Positions 24,549 through 38,810 of a stretch of DNA of 64,000 nt are shown one piece after another; within the stretch, counting starts at the first letter, position 1; the number at the start of each line of letters is the position of its first letter. The notes under the pieces were generated by a model. That model was not told where the DNA came from, did not search any database, and was given only the letters and a program-made list of their open reading frames with translations. The stretch comes from Amoeboaphelidium protococcarum X5. Lineage: Eukaryota; Fungi; Aphelidiomycota. Location of the stretch: contig JALDTO010000246.1 of NCBI GenBank assembly GCA_023515725.1, positions 219,680 through 283,679 on the forward strand, given 5' to 3'. The position numbers and the translations under genes are program-made.

Positions 24549-26826
24549 AAAGTTTGAGACTTTTACAGCTATTATTAAGCATATATTTTTTAAAGTTATT
24601 TTGTAACCATTTACTCACTTATTGATCATATGCGATTTCTGATAAGCCTATACCATCGGCTCTCTTTTCTATACTGCCAGTGGACTTTGAATGCAACGAT
24701 CCATACATAATAATGGACTTTTTTATGCAGCTATGAGTAGAGCTTTGACTCTATATCTAATAAGACAAAGTCTGGATAATGTCAGACCAATATGAGCAAT
24801 GCATGATCAATTCATTATAAACCATTTCAGAGCCATTAGGCAGACGACTTATTGAACAACCAACAGATAGTGCAAAAGGTCTATTAGTTTGTTAAGATAG
24901 TAACTTATTCATTCGACATAGATCATTAAGGGCCCAACTGAAACGCATTTTCATCATCATTTATCGTCAATACCAGATGAAGGTTAACCATATAAAGTCG
25001 GATACAGAGAACCAATAAACAAAGAGTTCACTAGATGATAAGGGAACAGCAGGAGCATAATAGCTATTAGACATGAGGAAAAATAGCACAATGACCAATG
25101 ACTTTGGACAAAAGTTTTTAGAAATCATCAAGCACAGATCGCCAAGCTATTTTCAGAGTCATGATCCTACTGCAGTTAAGCTAGAGATTTGAGTAACCAT
25201 TTGGCACTGACAGCATCTTTTCGTAGAGCAATTAGTCACAGCCACCTTGTAAAGCCCTCGGTTATCAGAGTTTGAGTCAATAGCACAGATGTCAATAGTT
25301 TAGTGAGTGTCGATCTTTGAAACAGCTCAAGGACTTAAGCCACCAAAAACAGATAAGTACTAGGTAAACCGGTAAGCAATTAGTTCAAAATGCAAAGTGA
25401 GAGACACATCAACAGCAAAATAAGTGGGATTAACTGAGCACACTTTGTACACCGACCTTGAACGCAACTTCTCAATTGACATCATGACGATAACCTACAC
25501 GTAAAACACATATAGAATAAAACAAGAACAGTACAAGTCTGAATAAGTAAGCTTACCGGATAGAACAGAGTAACAAAGACTTGTAACTTTGTGGTCTCTC
25601 CAGCAAGCGAGAGAGAGTGACAGTCGAATGGAGCGGAATCACTTTGGGCGAGTTGGAACCTTGAATCTAAGCCTTGACCCAGCGTAAGGACCAGCAGCAG
25701 CATGAGAGAAGACAAGCACAGAGCCTTGTTACATACAGCAGACCATTAATCTTCAGAGCACTTATAACCTTGTATGGAAGCTTTCAAGGCAGATATCACC
25801 GAGCAGCAGCAGTTGGGAGACAGCCAGTAAGCCTTGATTCAGCAAGGAGAAGTACATATCATAGCAATGCAAAGAGACAAGCTAGATAGATATGGAGCAG
25901 ACTTTGATGCAGTAGAAGACTTGAGACCGGCCAGCATAGCACAGGAGACGGATCGTTTCAGAGGTAAGGAGGAGACAGCAAGACCACCAGCGAGCGATGA
26001 GCAAAGGATACCGAGACCTCCATCGAGTAGCATAAGTATCGCAGATAGGATTCACAGCGAGATATCAACCATAGGAAAATGTTCTTGGATGAAGAGTGAT
26101 AATAAAAGTGAAGAAGAGAGTGAGAGTGAGAGTGGGATTGTTTGATTGTGGGATATTGTGCGATGGTTTCAAATCTGAAACGGGGCTTGAGTGAAACGAC
26201 CACCATCAGATGGCAACTTGGTCAGTTCGTAATCAATTTCTTTGGGAATAAGCTCATCTACCGTATCAGAGAACGATCGCTCGATCTATACTAATATCAA
26301 TGGTACTCCAGAATGAGTGTTGAGTTGGAGCATGCTTCGTGAGTGTGAGTGGTCGTCCCAATTAGGAATTAATCGCGCGCGCTCGTCGCTGAAACGGGCC
26401 CACCGGGCCTAGACTTTGAGTTCAAATTCAAACAATGTACTATGTGGATTGTATGCATAAAGTAAGCACAAAGTGTATTTCAACAGAGAAATTTATAGTA
26501 ATGGTTCCTGATCTATCTACTTTTTTCTCATAAATGAACGCAAGTAGGTTCAAGGTTTTCCTTCTTGCGATTATACCCATTCGCTGCGCTCTTGGAGAAC
26601 AATCCTAACTAAATTTTATACGTCTTTGCCTTCGTTTCATGTAACTCATACGAGTGGCTCTATAACTTTTAGCTATACGACATAGATATGGTAAGACTCA
26701 CCGCGTTTATTGACAAGTATCGTTGTAATAAGTATGTTAATATTCTCTATCGCCATTATTTTGATCTTTACCAGCGTTCTTCCCATTACATCATCATTTA
26801 TTCGTTCTGAATTATACCAAAACGAG

Positions 26827-28746
26827 ATGGGGATTGAAGGTCAGTATGGAAAGTGGCTGAAATAGCAATATCCCAAAGCTTTCATTAATACTTAAAAGAG
26901 TGGACATGGTTAAAATAGATAGAGCGCTAGGCAGTCTGTCAATCACCTGTACATTGATCTCAATGCGTTCCTGCACAAAATCCCATTACATGCCTTTAAA
27001 AGTGAAAAGAGCATCTGTCTATCCTTATTCTCTTGTCTGACGCGTGTTATTAAATAGTATGATGTGAACAAGTCTATATACATAGCCATGGATGGTGTTG
27101 CCCCAGTAAGTAAATTCTTTGTGCAGAGATTGGGGAGAGAACACAAAATTATGCTTGATATTAGAAAGAATGCTGTTGGATAGAAAAGTAAGGGCGTAGT
27201 ATTTACTCCATATACGAGAATTATGAATTAGACGGCTTAATGGCTAGAATACTATGCTTTCAAACATTTATTACGCGCCAAATACGCCGGACTCTGTATG
27301 TACATAGATTCTGCTCTTATACCTGGTGAAGGCGAGCACAAGATTCTGAAGCATTTACGGTCGCTGAGCACGGTGGCTGGTGGAAATAAGAAATTCCCAT
27401 CTACTCGCCAATAAGATTTGAAGCAGGAAAGTGTTGCAATAGTGGGCACAGACTCTGATATTTATGTTTAATTGATGATGAATTCTTAACTGCTTGATCG
27501 ATTCTCTGATGTATACTTTGATAATCCCACCATGTTTCCTGATAAAAGCACTCTTGGAAGATTTTCATTAAAGTTGTTCAAATAGGAATTGGCTATTGAT
27601 GTGCGCAATAAGTGTCAAAAGCCTCTTGATTCTAATTCTTTGCTGAAGGATTTTGCTGCTCTCAGTCTATTGGTTGGGAACGATTACTTGCCCAAGGTGA
27701 GAGGATTAAAGATTAATTCACTTTATGACGCTTATATAAAGTTTCGTAATTAAGATAGCTCGGTAGAATAGTAGTAACGCGTCTGGGATGCAAAGAAGTA
27801 ATGTTTTAATTTCTAACATCTGAAGACTATTTGCACCATTGTGTCTTAAAGTTTCAATAAGTATGCACTAGATAAATTAAGATTCATTGGTCCTTAAGCT
27901 GAAGAATATTAGATTGAAGAGGAGCTGGAAGTTGAAGAGAATGTGACGATAGACTTGGAAGATTCTCCGCCGTCTGACACTGATAATGACGACCAGGAAG
28001 TTTTTAGTAATCTGCCGGCTGACGAAGATGATGATTTAAACAATGACATGGGCAGTAAACAATCTAATCCATTAGATCTTATAGATGACGCGTGCTTGTT
28101 AACTAACTATATTAAAGACAACAAGTTGTGGTTCAAACCAGATTTACAAGCTTATCTTCAAGGTTTAAACTTTGTTGGCAAGGTAATGTCTACCGGTTAG
28201 GTGTCTTGCAATACCTTTGAGTATAGGCCAAGGTTAGGAATCAGTCTACTTGATATTATTGAGTGCCAGGATATGAAAGCGAGAGAATGTAATACTCGTT
28301 AGAGATTAGACGGGTTGAATCATGTAATGGGACACGTTGCATTGATACCGTTTATACCTCAAGTCACTGATCATCTCTTTGATTCTGGATAGGCCAAAAT
28401 TGCTATTAACTTGACTCAAACTCTGATGTCTCGTATGTAAACTGATGGTGTCGATGATTCAGATGGTACACTGCCTGCCGAACTTCTTTCAAAGACATTA
28501 GTAGAAGTCAGCGAGTAATTGAATGATTCAGACTCTCTCCAAAGTAAGTCTCAGTTCGGGATTCTAAAATTTACGCGCATATGGTCCAAGGATAATGGTA
28601 AGTTGGCGATCGTGCCTTCGAATATATCTGTCCCGAAAGTTGTTTTTGAGGATGATAGTCAGCAGTTAGAGGCAATTTATATCTAGGGAGACTCTCACAA
28701 CATTTACAGGCACGAGTTGCTGAGTAAGTTCAATAATAAAGCGTGA
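26827..28746 (+). CDS. XRN-family 5'-3' exoribonuclease-like protein, short form (~639 aa; may have an upstream exon)
   Basis: MGIEGQYGKWL, HLYIDLNAFLH, IAMDGVAP, PGEGEHKI, GTDSDI, LLVGNDYLP. Confidence 0.85.
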
Positions 28747-28806
28747 AGTTAGGTGGTGAAATATAACAATATGAAGAACGTAATGAAGTCTATTGTTTAA
28801 CTTGAA

Positions 28807-30732
28807 TCAATTCTAATTCATTCCTAACAGGATATAAGCAGCTTCAAATTCATTTTATGGTTTCTGATTACTAGTATTGTTATTATCAGATTTGTTTACA
28901 ATGCCATGACCCAACGGATATGTTCTATTGGCAAGAGCACGTAGCGAAGAGTCTTCCACGAACAATTCACTTCTACGGGGAGATATTCTACGATCCACAT
29001 CCTCATCATACATCAGTGAGGAGGATGAATGTTAACTAGCACTGGCTGACAGCAGATAACTATGCTAACTGCCCATCTCCTCCTACTCCTCATCGCCAGA
29101 CGTCTCACTCAGGAAGCCAGTGTCATCTTCCATCGAGTTACCACCCATATAGCTATCATAATCACTCGATCCACTTCTATCAAGAATTGGCAAACGTGGT
29201 GGGAAAGGAAATGGACTTCTTCGATAACCATAAGGAGTAAATCTCATATTTACAGGTGTAGAGCTTCTACTAATAGGTGAATGCTTTACCAAAGGGCTAG
29301 TGGCCGGTAATGATTTGGCGTTCGGACTAGTAGCAGCCGCAGACTACGTGCTATATCGAGACTAAGCAGTAGGCTTAGGAGTAGCTCGAGGACTGACTGG
29401 CGGCGAAGATGAAAACGCCTTTGGCTTCTGGACGGCACGCGCACGCCTCGAAATCGGCGCTCTCACCACAGATCCGCCGTCATTATCAGAATCAGTATCA
29501 TCATACAGTCCTTGCACTTCAGTCTTTCTAGGCTTTTTAGGTGCAGCAGTGGATGGAGATTTCTTGACTGGCGATGGCTGAGGCACTGGCTCTCCTTTGA
29601 AAGATTTACTTTGCATCAACTACTTGGCTAACTAAACAACATCGGATGAAATTTAATCATGTCTATCCACCAATCTGGCTCTAAGATGGCGAGTAAATAG
29701 CCCAGTGATATCATTCCTTATGTAATGGATTTAGTCTACAGAAAGCAGAGGTTTCAACAGAGGTCCGCCATTATCGTCAACATCATCCCTCTACTCAGCC
29801 AGCAGTGTCCAATCAAAAGGTAAAGGCCTACGATGAACATCAGTCTGAGCAGAGCTTCCAGTAGGCACAACACCGCTCTTAATAAATTCATCGATGGACA
29901 TTGACACAGCCTTTGCCATTTCAATACGCGCCAATTCACGCTCCAGAGCATCACAGAATAGACTGTCGACGCAATTCTTGAACGAAGACCAGAAAAATAC
30001 TTTCTACTTCTTCTTTGATCTCACGCAGTCATGGTCGAATAGGAACACCAAGAAATCAGAGCGGGTATTCTCCAATACACAGTCCTTGGGAGGTGTCAGG
30101 CGTCGCAGGTCAGAGAAGATTCCCTCTTCAAACTTTTTCATATTAAACGGCTTCCGTCCAGTGTACAGGGTGTATCGATGCAACAACACCCTCACAATAT
30201 CAGTTCCACTGATGAACCAGCGACCTTTCCAGTTGACACAACTAACGCGAACACCATCATCGATCATATAAGAGGCGACATACTTGTGCTCATTAGCAAT
30301 AGAAGGAGCATCATCTAAAAACGTTTAGAGAGCAACTTCGTCTGCCGCATAAATCTCTTTGGAAAACTACTAAGGATCAATTTTAAGTATCTTGAACAGT
30401 CGAGTATCGCGATCATTGATAGCAAACTGCACGACAGCCGGATGATCAATGGTGGTCTAACTCAATTGCAAGGGAATATGGACAGAAGCACGAGGTTCAG
30501 ATTTTACTTGTGCTTACTAGCTTTCAATAGGAGCATTTACATTATCATCAGGATCCTCCACCAGCATCTACTCCATTTCTGTTTCAGCCACTTGATCGAC
30601 AGCGTCGTCGCTCAAACTCATCGCCACAACGCCTTCTCTCAGTCGGAGACCCGGGGTGGAAATATTGGACGGCGCTGGACTAGGTGGCGCCAGATATAAA
30701 TCCTTTTGATCCTTAAAATCGCCTGAATCCAT
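28807..30732 (-). CDS. STE12-like transcription factor (641 aa)
   Basis: STE homeodomain VSCVNWKGRWFISGTDIVR...KKFEEGIFSDLR...CVRSKKKQKVFFW (Q encoded by TAG). Confidence 0.88.
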
Positions 30733-31164
30733 CTCTTGATATAGTAATAATGATATATTATAACGGTAAATGCCAAAGATTGAGGTTATGCAACGTGGCG
30801 GCCCAATGGAAAGTGACGTACAATGGCTGTCGCTGTATCGATAAAAAGAATTTGTCTTCTCAAACGCGTTGTTTCGACTAAGTTACGTCTGGTCCTCGCT
30901 GTGATTGCAGAAATTTGACTCCTTAATCATGTTCGGTTGATTAAGGTTGCCGATTGATGGTGGACGCCTGACTTTTATTCGCGTGTGTATTCCATCGTGT
31001 TACTCAATCACACGCGTGTTTCAATAGCAGTAAAAGTGATCTTGTTTGCTTATGCCGCATCATTATTTAAAGTGGCATGTTATGAGGAGAAGGTGCAAAG
31101 TAGAAACTGTCAGCAAAATTTTAAATAAATATAATTTAGAAAAGAAAACAGATACCAAAGTATT

Positions 31165-34065
31165 TCATACAAAACGAGGATATGCAGCAAGAGTGCCTGT
31201 GCCAACAACCTTCATTGACTTATCAGCCTTGTCTTTTTGATGCATCTTTTGCTCATTAGCCGCTACATCATAATTATTTTCCCGCAGCCAATACAGCTAT
31301 GAAATCTTCTTCTTCTTGTTATAGCTGCATACATATATTCTACCCCTGCGTCTAGTAGCAAGTTCAGATCCAGGGCAAGGTGTCAGCAGTGAAAGTTTTA
31401 CATTACTTTTAAATGACTGAATAGCCTGGCTAGAGCCGCAGTGCGCAATCTCGATAAAGTTCTTGTGTGTGGCGATGATTTACTCATTGTCAATAACCAA
31501 AACACGGTTGGGAGCCAAATATTGACACTTGTCTTCATCTTTACCCAAGTCAACTGCGCTCAGTGTTCCCCAAATGAATTTATCAGCAAACTGAGCGCCA
31601 ATACGCCCATCAAATAATCTGCCGTCAGACGCGAGTAATCGGCTCATCGCACCATAAGTCCCGAGGTACGCAACATCATTCTGCTAAGGTTTAATCTGGG
31701 CAGTCTTCTTTGGTTGCATACTCTTTATAGTGCTGTACCACGACGGATTCTCAGTCGTCTTCCCATTGAGACTGTTTTAAGATTTAGCTACATCTTCTTT
31801 AGCATTTTAAGGAATTTAAATGGAGCCAATCCAACGATTCTATCCTTTGTCTTTAAGAACTTCTTTCGCCTGCTTTGTAAACTCTTCCAAGACTTGAATC
31901 TCACTAACCTGACTACTCTCAAAGTCAATAATGTTAGCTTCGCCTTCATACGCGACAAACAACTTGGTCACAAACTGACCATCATGATATATCGAGAAAC
32001 TTTTTGGAGTCTCTGGTAGCCAGAATGACTTGACTTTCATAAACTTCAAATAAGGCAACTTGGCCCATTCAAGAACAGTAATCTCATTTCTAAACAGTAC
32101 GCCCATGTAACAGGTAGCTTATGTCCTCGTCACAACAAAGTTTAGAGAATCACGGGTATCCACAATCTTCTAATAATCTACAGACCAGAAGCTCGGTCCA
32201 GAGCCGCCATTTCTCAACTGCTCCGTGTCACCACCCAAGTCATATAGCGAGTCAACATCGTCAAATCCGGGACTCTGTGACTTGTTAATCTCTTCAATGC
32301 CAAATAGAAATCTCACCAATTTCTTCATACTGCTCAAATTGTAGCTTCTAATCTAATTCAATCTACCACTAATGGCCATCATCACACTGTAATCCTCCAG
32401 TATTTCAATCTGCTTAAACTTTGTTCTACGCACAAGCCATCTGAGTCTCCCCACGGTGTCAGGGTAATTATACTTGGACTCTAATGACGTATCGTAGTTT
32501 TTTGAGTCATTATGACAAGTAATATCTGCAGCCAAGAGGCCATGATCACAGCCAATAAGTAGGAAGCAGTGGACAACTGGATTAATGCCAGTACGATCTT
32601 TTCCGTTCAGTACCAGCACATCTGCGCAGTTGACTTCAATCTTCAATCTCAAATCCAGAGGCACCACTTCATACAAGTTGCGCAATTTACCTTCATGTAA
32701 GAGCTACTTAGGAAGCTTTTAAGTGACATCATACAACTCTTCTCTATCAACCTCGCTGCGGTCTGCCTCAAGGTCTCCTTCACGATCGAGAGTCTTTTTG
32801 CGGAACACGCTGAGAAATGTATTACGTCTAGCTGATGGGGATATCTTTGTGACACCAAGCTAGCCACTCACACCATCCACCAACAGCCCGGAGCCAGTTC
32901 TCTGCATATCCGAATTGATAGATGCCTGCTAAGAATTTTTGGCAATCTCACTATTGGAACTCTGAGCACTCTTATTATTCTGAGACTACACGGCCAAATT
33001 GTTCTTTGACTAAGCTTTAGCACCATCAAACTACGAAAACTACTGCTCATCACCAGAGGAATCAGAGTTGTTATCTTTCTACTATTTTGCAGCAACAACA
33101 GCTCCTTATTTCGCCTAATTCTTTTTGGCGGCTGAAGCTCCAGCACTCTGAGCCTTTTTGGCATCTTTGGCAGCTCGCATCTCTTAAATTGCATTAAAAA
33201 GTATCTGACGATGCTCACCAGTAACATCTGCAGACACTTTCTACATCCACTCTGCTTACAGACTATCCTGGGCAGTCCATCGACGTTTCGGATCTTTCAC
33301 CAGACAGCCTTGAATAAAGGCAATCATAGGCTTTGACCACTTCTTCGGCTACCTCACCATCAATGTGTTGGAATCTGCGGATGGAATGAGGTAGAGAGCT
33401 CGCATTGGATGAATGTCACTCAATGGCGGATTCTTGTCAGCCAACTCAATGAGAGTTATTCCCATGGACCAGACATCAGTCTTACAATCATACATGTGCA
33501 GTGGACTATTCTCACTCATGATACACTCTGGACTCATCCAGTACGGAGTCCCTATGAACGTATGTGCACGGAATGATGTAGAGGCTGTAGTTACAGCACT
33601 GACACCAAAATCGGCCAATTTCACCTCTCCTTTCTCAGTAAGAAGCAGATTTCCACTCTTTATATCTCTATGAATTATATGTTGGTCATGCAAGTACGCT
33701 AGTCCCTTCATTGACTCAAATATCAGGTAGGAAATCTCATCTTCAGTCAGCAATCTGGGTAGATTTTTGTACAGCGAATCCACAGCCCCGCCAGAGCAAA
33801 ACTCCATACAAATCCAGAGATCATCATTGCGCACAAAATTACCCATGAATCCCACCACATTCGGATGCCTACATTCACGGATAATCTCAACTTCAAGCAG
33901 AATCTCTCTCAGCTCTTCCTCTTTGAGAGCCACCACTTTGACTGCAGTTATCCTCTTATCAGCTATCAATCGTCCCTTGTAGACGAAACCAAAATTTCCT
34001 TTACCAATAGTCTCAATCAACTCCACATGTCCCTTTGGATTCTGCAACTTTGTCACATCAAACAT
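31165..34065 (-). CDS. STE20/MAP4K (GCK) kinase with C-terminal CNH-like region (~966 aa; a short extra 3' exon is possible)
   Basis: IGKGNFG, HRDIKSGN, ADFGVS, FIGTPYWMSPE, DIHPMRAL. A possible GTATGA..CTGACAG intron lies at the 3' end. Confidence 0.88.
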
Positions 34066-34210
34066 TATAACTACTAATTCTATGTTTTTGATTACAAAGA
34101 GAAAAACTATTAAATAATTCTTTTCAATAAATTGTCTACCCAAACAGTGTTATATGCAATGTAGTATGAGTATAACTGTGCGATTACTCAATTAACACTA
34201 AACAGTTCTG

Positions 34211-37200
34211 GGCAAATTATATGGTTATACGCCTAGTCGGGAAAAAATTATATCGCTGCCGACCGCAGGTCGGTTGCGATATTTTATACGGATTTCAAGG
34301 GATGAGTAAGAAGAAACCGAAGATCTGCGATCATATCCACTCAATTACTCAATCAGTTCATAAAATCACGTCTATTTCAACTTTCTCTCTCTTTCTACAC
34401 GCTTTCTGAACTTTTTATAGAGACTTGTACGCATTTACAACAAAGAATCGTCTAACTAACTTGATGCATCGCATCTTTTGGAAGAATGGCCTTCAGTACA
34501 TTAATTGGAATCAGCCATCAATCTTGGCTTCCAGCAGATTTTGCAGACTTGTTTCACTGATTCGCTTCTCAAATTACTGTCCAACTCTTCTTCATTGACA
34601 AATCCGTTTTCAGGTGTCAACACGTCGTCGCCGAATCTCTAACGCAGCAGTTCAGTCAAATTGACAGCCTCAGTCATTGTGACAGGCCCAGTATCAGCTT
34701 AAATGATATCGACGGTATGATAAGTTAATTAGTTAAAGGTCGGCTGTTCGTTGATGTCTACATTCTCTCCAAAATTGTCAACTCTAGGAATATCATCACC
34801 ATCAGGCAGACCCAAAACTGGATTGAACAAAGTGCCCATATCCAGATTGGTGAAGTAAGCATCGTCTATACTATCAACTAATCTCTAAATATCCTAATCT
34901 GCAGTAGCAAGCAAATCATTGACACTCTAAACAGACTGAGTAGCAGGACAGATGCAGCTCAAATTGTTCAATGAAGTCTGTGTTTCTACAGATACATGTT
35001 CAACTACTTAGACAGTTTACTCAGTAGACACCTAATGCAACTACGGAATTTCGAACGGAATATGCAATGCTGTTGGGTCAGTCAAATGATTTTATAGCTG
35101 TCTGAACTGGGCCTTAAATGGATCAATCGCGTATTTGCATGCCAACTTACGTTCCACAATATCTTCAAAACTCTTCAAATGGCTTGGTGCTTTAAAAGAG
35201 TATTCTGATAACAAATCATCAACTTCAGACTAATTTGAGCAGGCGGCAATCTTGTTATAAACCAGAAAATTCCATCGATCAGCCATTTACTCATAATCTA
35301 CTTACTTATCATCACCGTTTTTCTTGGTGCAATATTGTTCAAACAGTGACATGAATAAGATGAGCTCTTTTTGGGAGGAGACGGGACGTGATATGACATT
35401 GAATGCAAACTTAGAGATCATATCATCAGAGTTCAGCTTGATGGGCTCAGTAGATATATCACTCTAATCCATATCAATAACAGTCAAATCAACTTCAACT
35501 GGATCGGCCAGTGCATCAATCAGTTCTTCATCAAAGCCACCTTCGCATTCCATCATCAGCTACTAGTCAGAAATGTTCTTTAGATCAAGAGATTTGCCCA
35601 AATACTTACTACAGCCAAATTTAACAGATTTTGAGAATTCAGATACCTGTGGAATGGTCAGATTCTCAAAAACAGGACACTTGAAGTATTTCGCATTGTC
35701 GACATACAACTGCTTAATTTAGCTCAGCACTAGTGGGTTGTAAATATGAAAATCCGGAGTCAGCCCACAGGTCAGTGCCGCATCTTGATTTCTTCTGTAG
35801 ACAAAGTCCATGAGCATAACATTATATAGCTCAGGAGAGATAGACTTTGCTTAAAACGCATTGTACAACATCATGTGATATCCTTCTTATTGGCTGGTAC
35901 CTCTAAAACACTTGAACTACTTAAAAGATCCATCATCTCCAGGCTTTAATTGCAAGTACATGTCAACACCAGGAGGATCTGATAAACAGCCATCTTTGGC
36001 GTGCTTCAGATTACGCTCGTGATGTTTCATTACTTGATCATCAATGAACTCACTGTTAACCGCTCTGAACATTTAGACCACCTGATCAATTCTATTCGAC
36101 AAAATATCCGCAGGTGGAACAAATCTTCTCACTTTACCATTACGCAATAGATAGCTTCTCTTGATCTGATCCATTTACTTATCTGATACTCCACGCTGCT
36201 GTAATACTGACTTCACATCTTGCATGTCTTCTTCAGAACAGATGAATATCGCGTCGCGGAGGTTGGAGGCAAAGAGAGAGTATAGAGGATGTTTCTTCTT
36301 AACAGGATACCGCTCCATGAAATGAAATATATCCAAGAGTACTCGCTATCCTTATCCAGTAGCTGACAGAGATTCAAACATATCAGAGAGAAATGCTCTT
36401 TCAGTGCAGCAGAGATCTGTGAAGAAAGCCTGAGGACCCTCTTCATCTTTGGCCGCATAGCGCTGCTTCAAGACTTCAAATTCACTAGTCAACTCTTTCA
36501 GACTTTTGTTTGGCACAAGCCAGAATCCAGCTACTTGGCCATACTCATTCACCAAGGAGTATAATCCCTCAAATATCTACTGAGACTTAGACACAGGCAC
36601 CTTGGCTGCTTTGAAAGTGTGATCACCGCTCAAAACTTTGCCAGTAACTTGCGCGACAGCGGCGTTCTTCAGATCATACACATCCATTTGGCTCTTATAA
36701 TAGAATTTCTTTAAAACAGTAGTGGATGGAATGGATACGTTATACTAATCTTTGTCGCTGAATTCTGGAAATGGGTCAATCAGTGCAGGCAAAGCTTAAA
36801 ACATTAAAGTCTTCTATGGGTTCCTTCTAACAAATGTTGATGCGGACAGATAGGCAAGATGTCTTGATTAATGCTAGTTGTTGAACAGCTCATCCAACAT
36901 CTTTACAAACTCATTAAAAGAGACTCCTCGCATGATCATCCTATCCATTAATTAAATCAATTAGTTGTCCAGGATCGTGTTGTCAATCACCGTACACGGC
37001 AACTATTGCTAAACATGAGGAGGAAGATGCTGCAAAGTATCTGGATCTATTCCACGAAACTCCTTACCAGTCCTGCCACCAGTACCACAGTGACACAGAT
37101 TGCATTTGTACCTCTTGAACATGATGTAATACGACTGACCAATGCCTATTACTTTTCGAGGCCCTACTGCTGACCAGCCTGCTACCTTAACGTGACCATC

Positions 37201-38247
37201 CACAACGCCATGAACTGGACAAGGCATGTGGCGAACACCAAGATGATGGAAAAACACTTCTGGCGTCCAGAATATAACTTTCTCCTTCACAAAATCCTAG
37301 CTCTCCATATAATCTGAGACTAATAAAGGATTAGGCGGATAAATCCAGATATCACGCCAGGACAGAGGATTCAGCGGCTTGCAATCGCAGACACCATGAC
37401 ACCTTGACGACGTTGCATTGCATTGATAGCCGCGCGAACCTGTTCCTTTAATGGCGTAGTCAATCTCATCAGTGTACTTGACTATAAATGCGGTGGAGGG
37501 ATGACTTCTCCAATTCTAATCTTTCTACTCAATCACTAACGTGGCATTAACTTGATCATCATTTTCGACTGAGGAGGTAGTATCATGATGAGCATTAATA
37601 TCATTTGTTTCAGGCGTCTGATCAGACGCGGATTGATGAACTGGTACATTAGCGAAAGAGTCCACTGATTGTAAGGATGCTCCAGTCAGCCAACTTGACA
37701 AAGTATTCGCGGAACCTGCGATACTGTTGTTCTTCTTTAACTATTCCAAACAAAATTTAGTGTGCGGCTTCTTATTAGATGGGAAATGAAGATTTTTACA
37801 TATCGGGCACTTCCAAGTCTTACCAGGATGGATCGGTGCATTTTCTGCGTCTTCTCTCTGCCTCTTGATCTTCCTTGCACCAGGAGGAGGGACATAATTG
37901 CTGATGGACATTCCATTGGTAGTGTTCATTCTCAAAATCTCTCTTAACAGTGAAGTTCGCTCTACAAAAGTAATGAAATAAGTATTGAGATTGGAAATTA
38001 AATCATACTATATTTTGACTACGACTTTCTTTTAGGCTTCTCACGGCACTTTTTATTTTGAATGCTGATATCAGAGTCAGATATAGGCAACTGTATATCT
38101 GATACTGAAGCTGATATTTCTGAAACAGTGTTGGTCGCACGCGCAGTTTATGTAGCGACATTGTCAACAACATTGTCAGCGACATTCGTTTGATCGTGTT
38201 AGCGACAATTTTGTAGCGACATTTGGCTTAAGAGTAGTAAGGTACCC
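34211..38247 (-). mobile_element. Intact ~4-kb cut-and-paste DNA transposon with 8-bp (7-9) target-site duplication
   Basis: CAGTTCTG(G) direct repeat at 34203-34210 and 38248-38255; GG...CC termini; one long transposase ORF; subterminal repeats and a hairpin. Confidence 0.8.
34366..37929 (-). CDS. DDE/DxxH transposase, DUF6729-like (1187 aa)
   Basis: N-terminal CPICKNLH finger, FWTPE..MPCP..RYKC, LSGDHTFK, FFTDLCC, LLDIFHFM (DxxH), CLSDPPG, FRGTSQQEGYH. All ORF-track fragments share one frame. Confidence 0.8.
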
Positions 38248-38810
38248 CAGTTCTGGATACCTACAAATGCTTAGAGAGTTAATGGTGAAACAAAGAACGA
38301 AGAAAATTACACCCAGCTTCTTTATGTATAGCACCAACGACACCTACCTAATAATAATCACTAAGAAAGGAGGGCAGGGAGAGTGATAATGTGGTTGCCA
38401 AGCGAGGTGCGGATATTTTGTTGATCTTGAAAGCCGAGTGAGTGAAACAAAGAGTTTTACAAAACGAGACTTTCTACTGTAGGCAGTGAGTGGTAAAGAA
38501 CCGATTCTTTTCTTTATTGAAATGCATGAGGTGAAACATCATTATTCATCGCCTCTTGAATTTTGTTTGGCACACGTTCGATATCTGTTTCTTGGCGTTT
38601 TTACTTAAAGTCACTGGTGCAACTGACGCGATCACTCTCTGAAATTCTTCCGTTTTATATTCAATCGAAGTTGCTCATCAAACCATTTCTATCGTTCGCG
38701 CGCTTTACACGCTCTGCCTCTAAAGCAAACACCGTTCAGTTCCAACTTCCGTAGAATAAATCCACTGTAATTCCTATAACTCAAAGTACATAATCCATCA
38801 AGTTGTTAAT

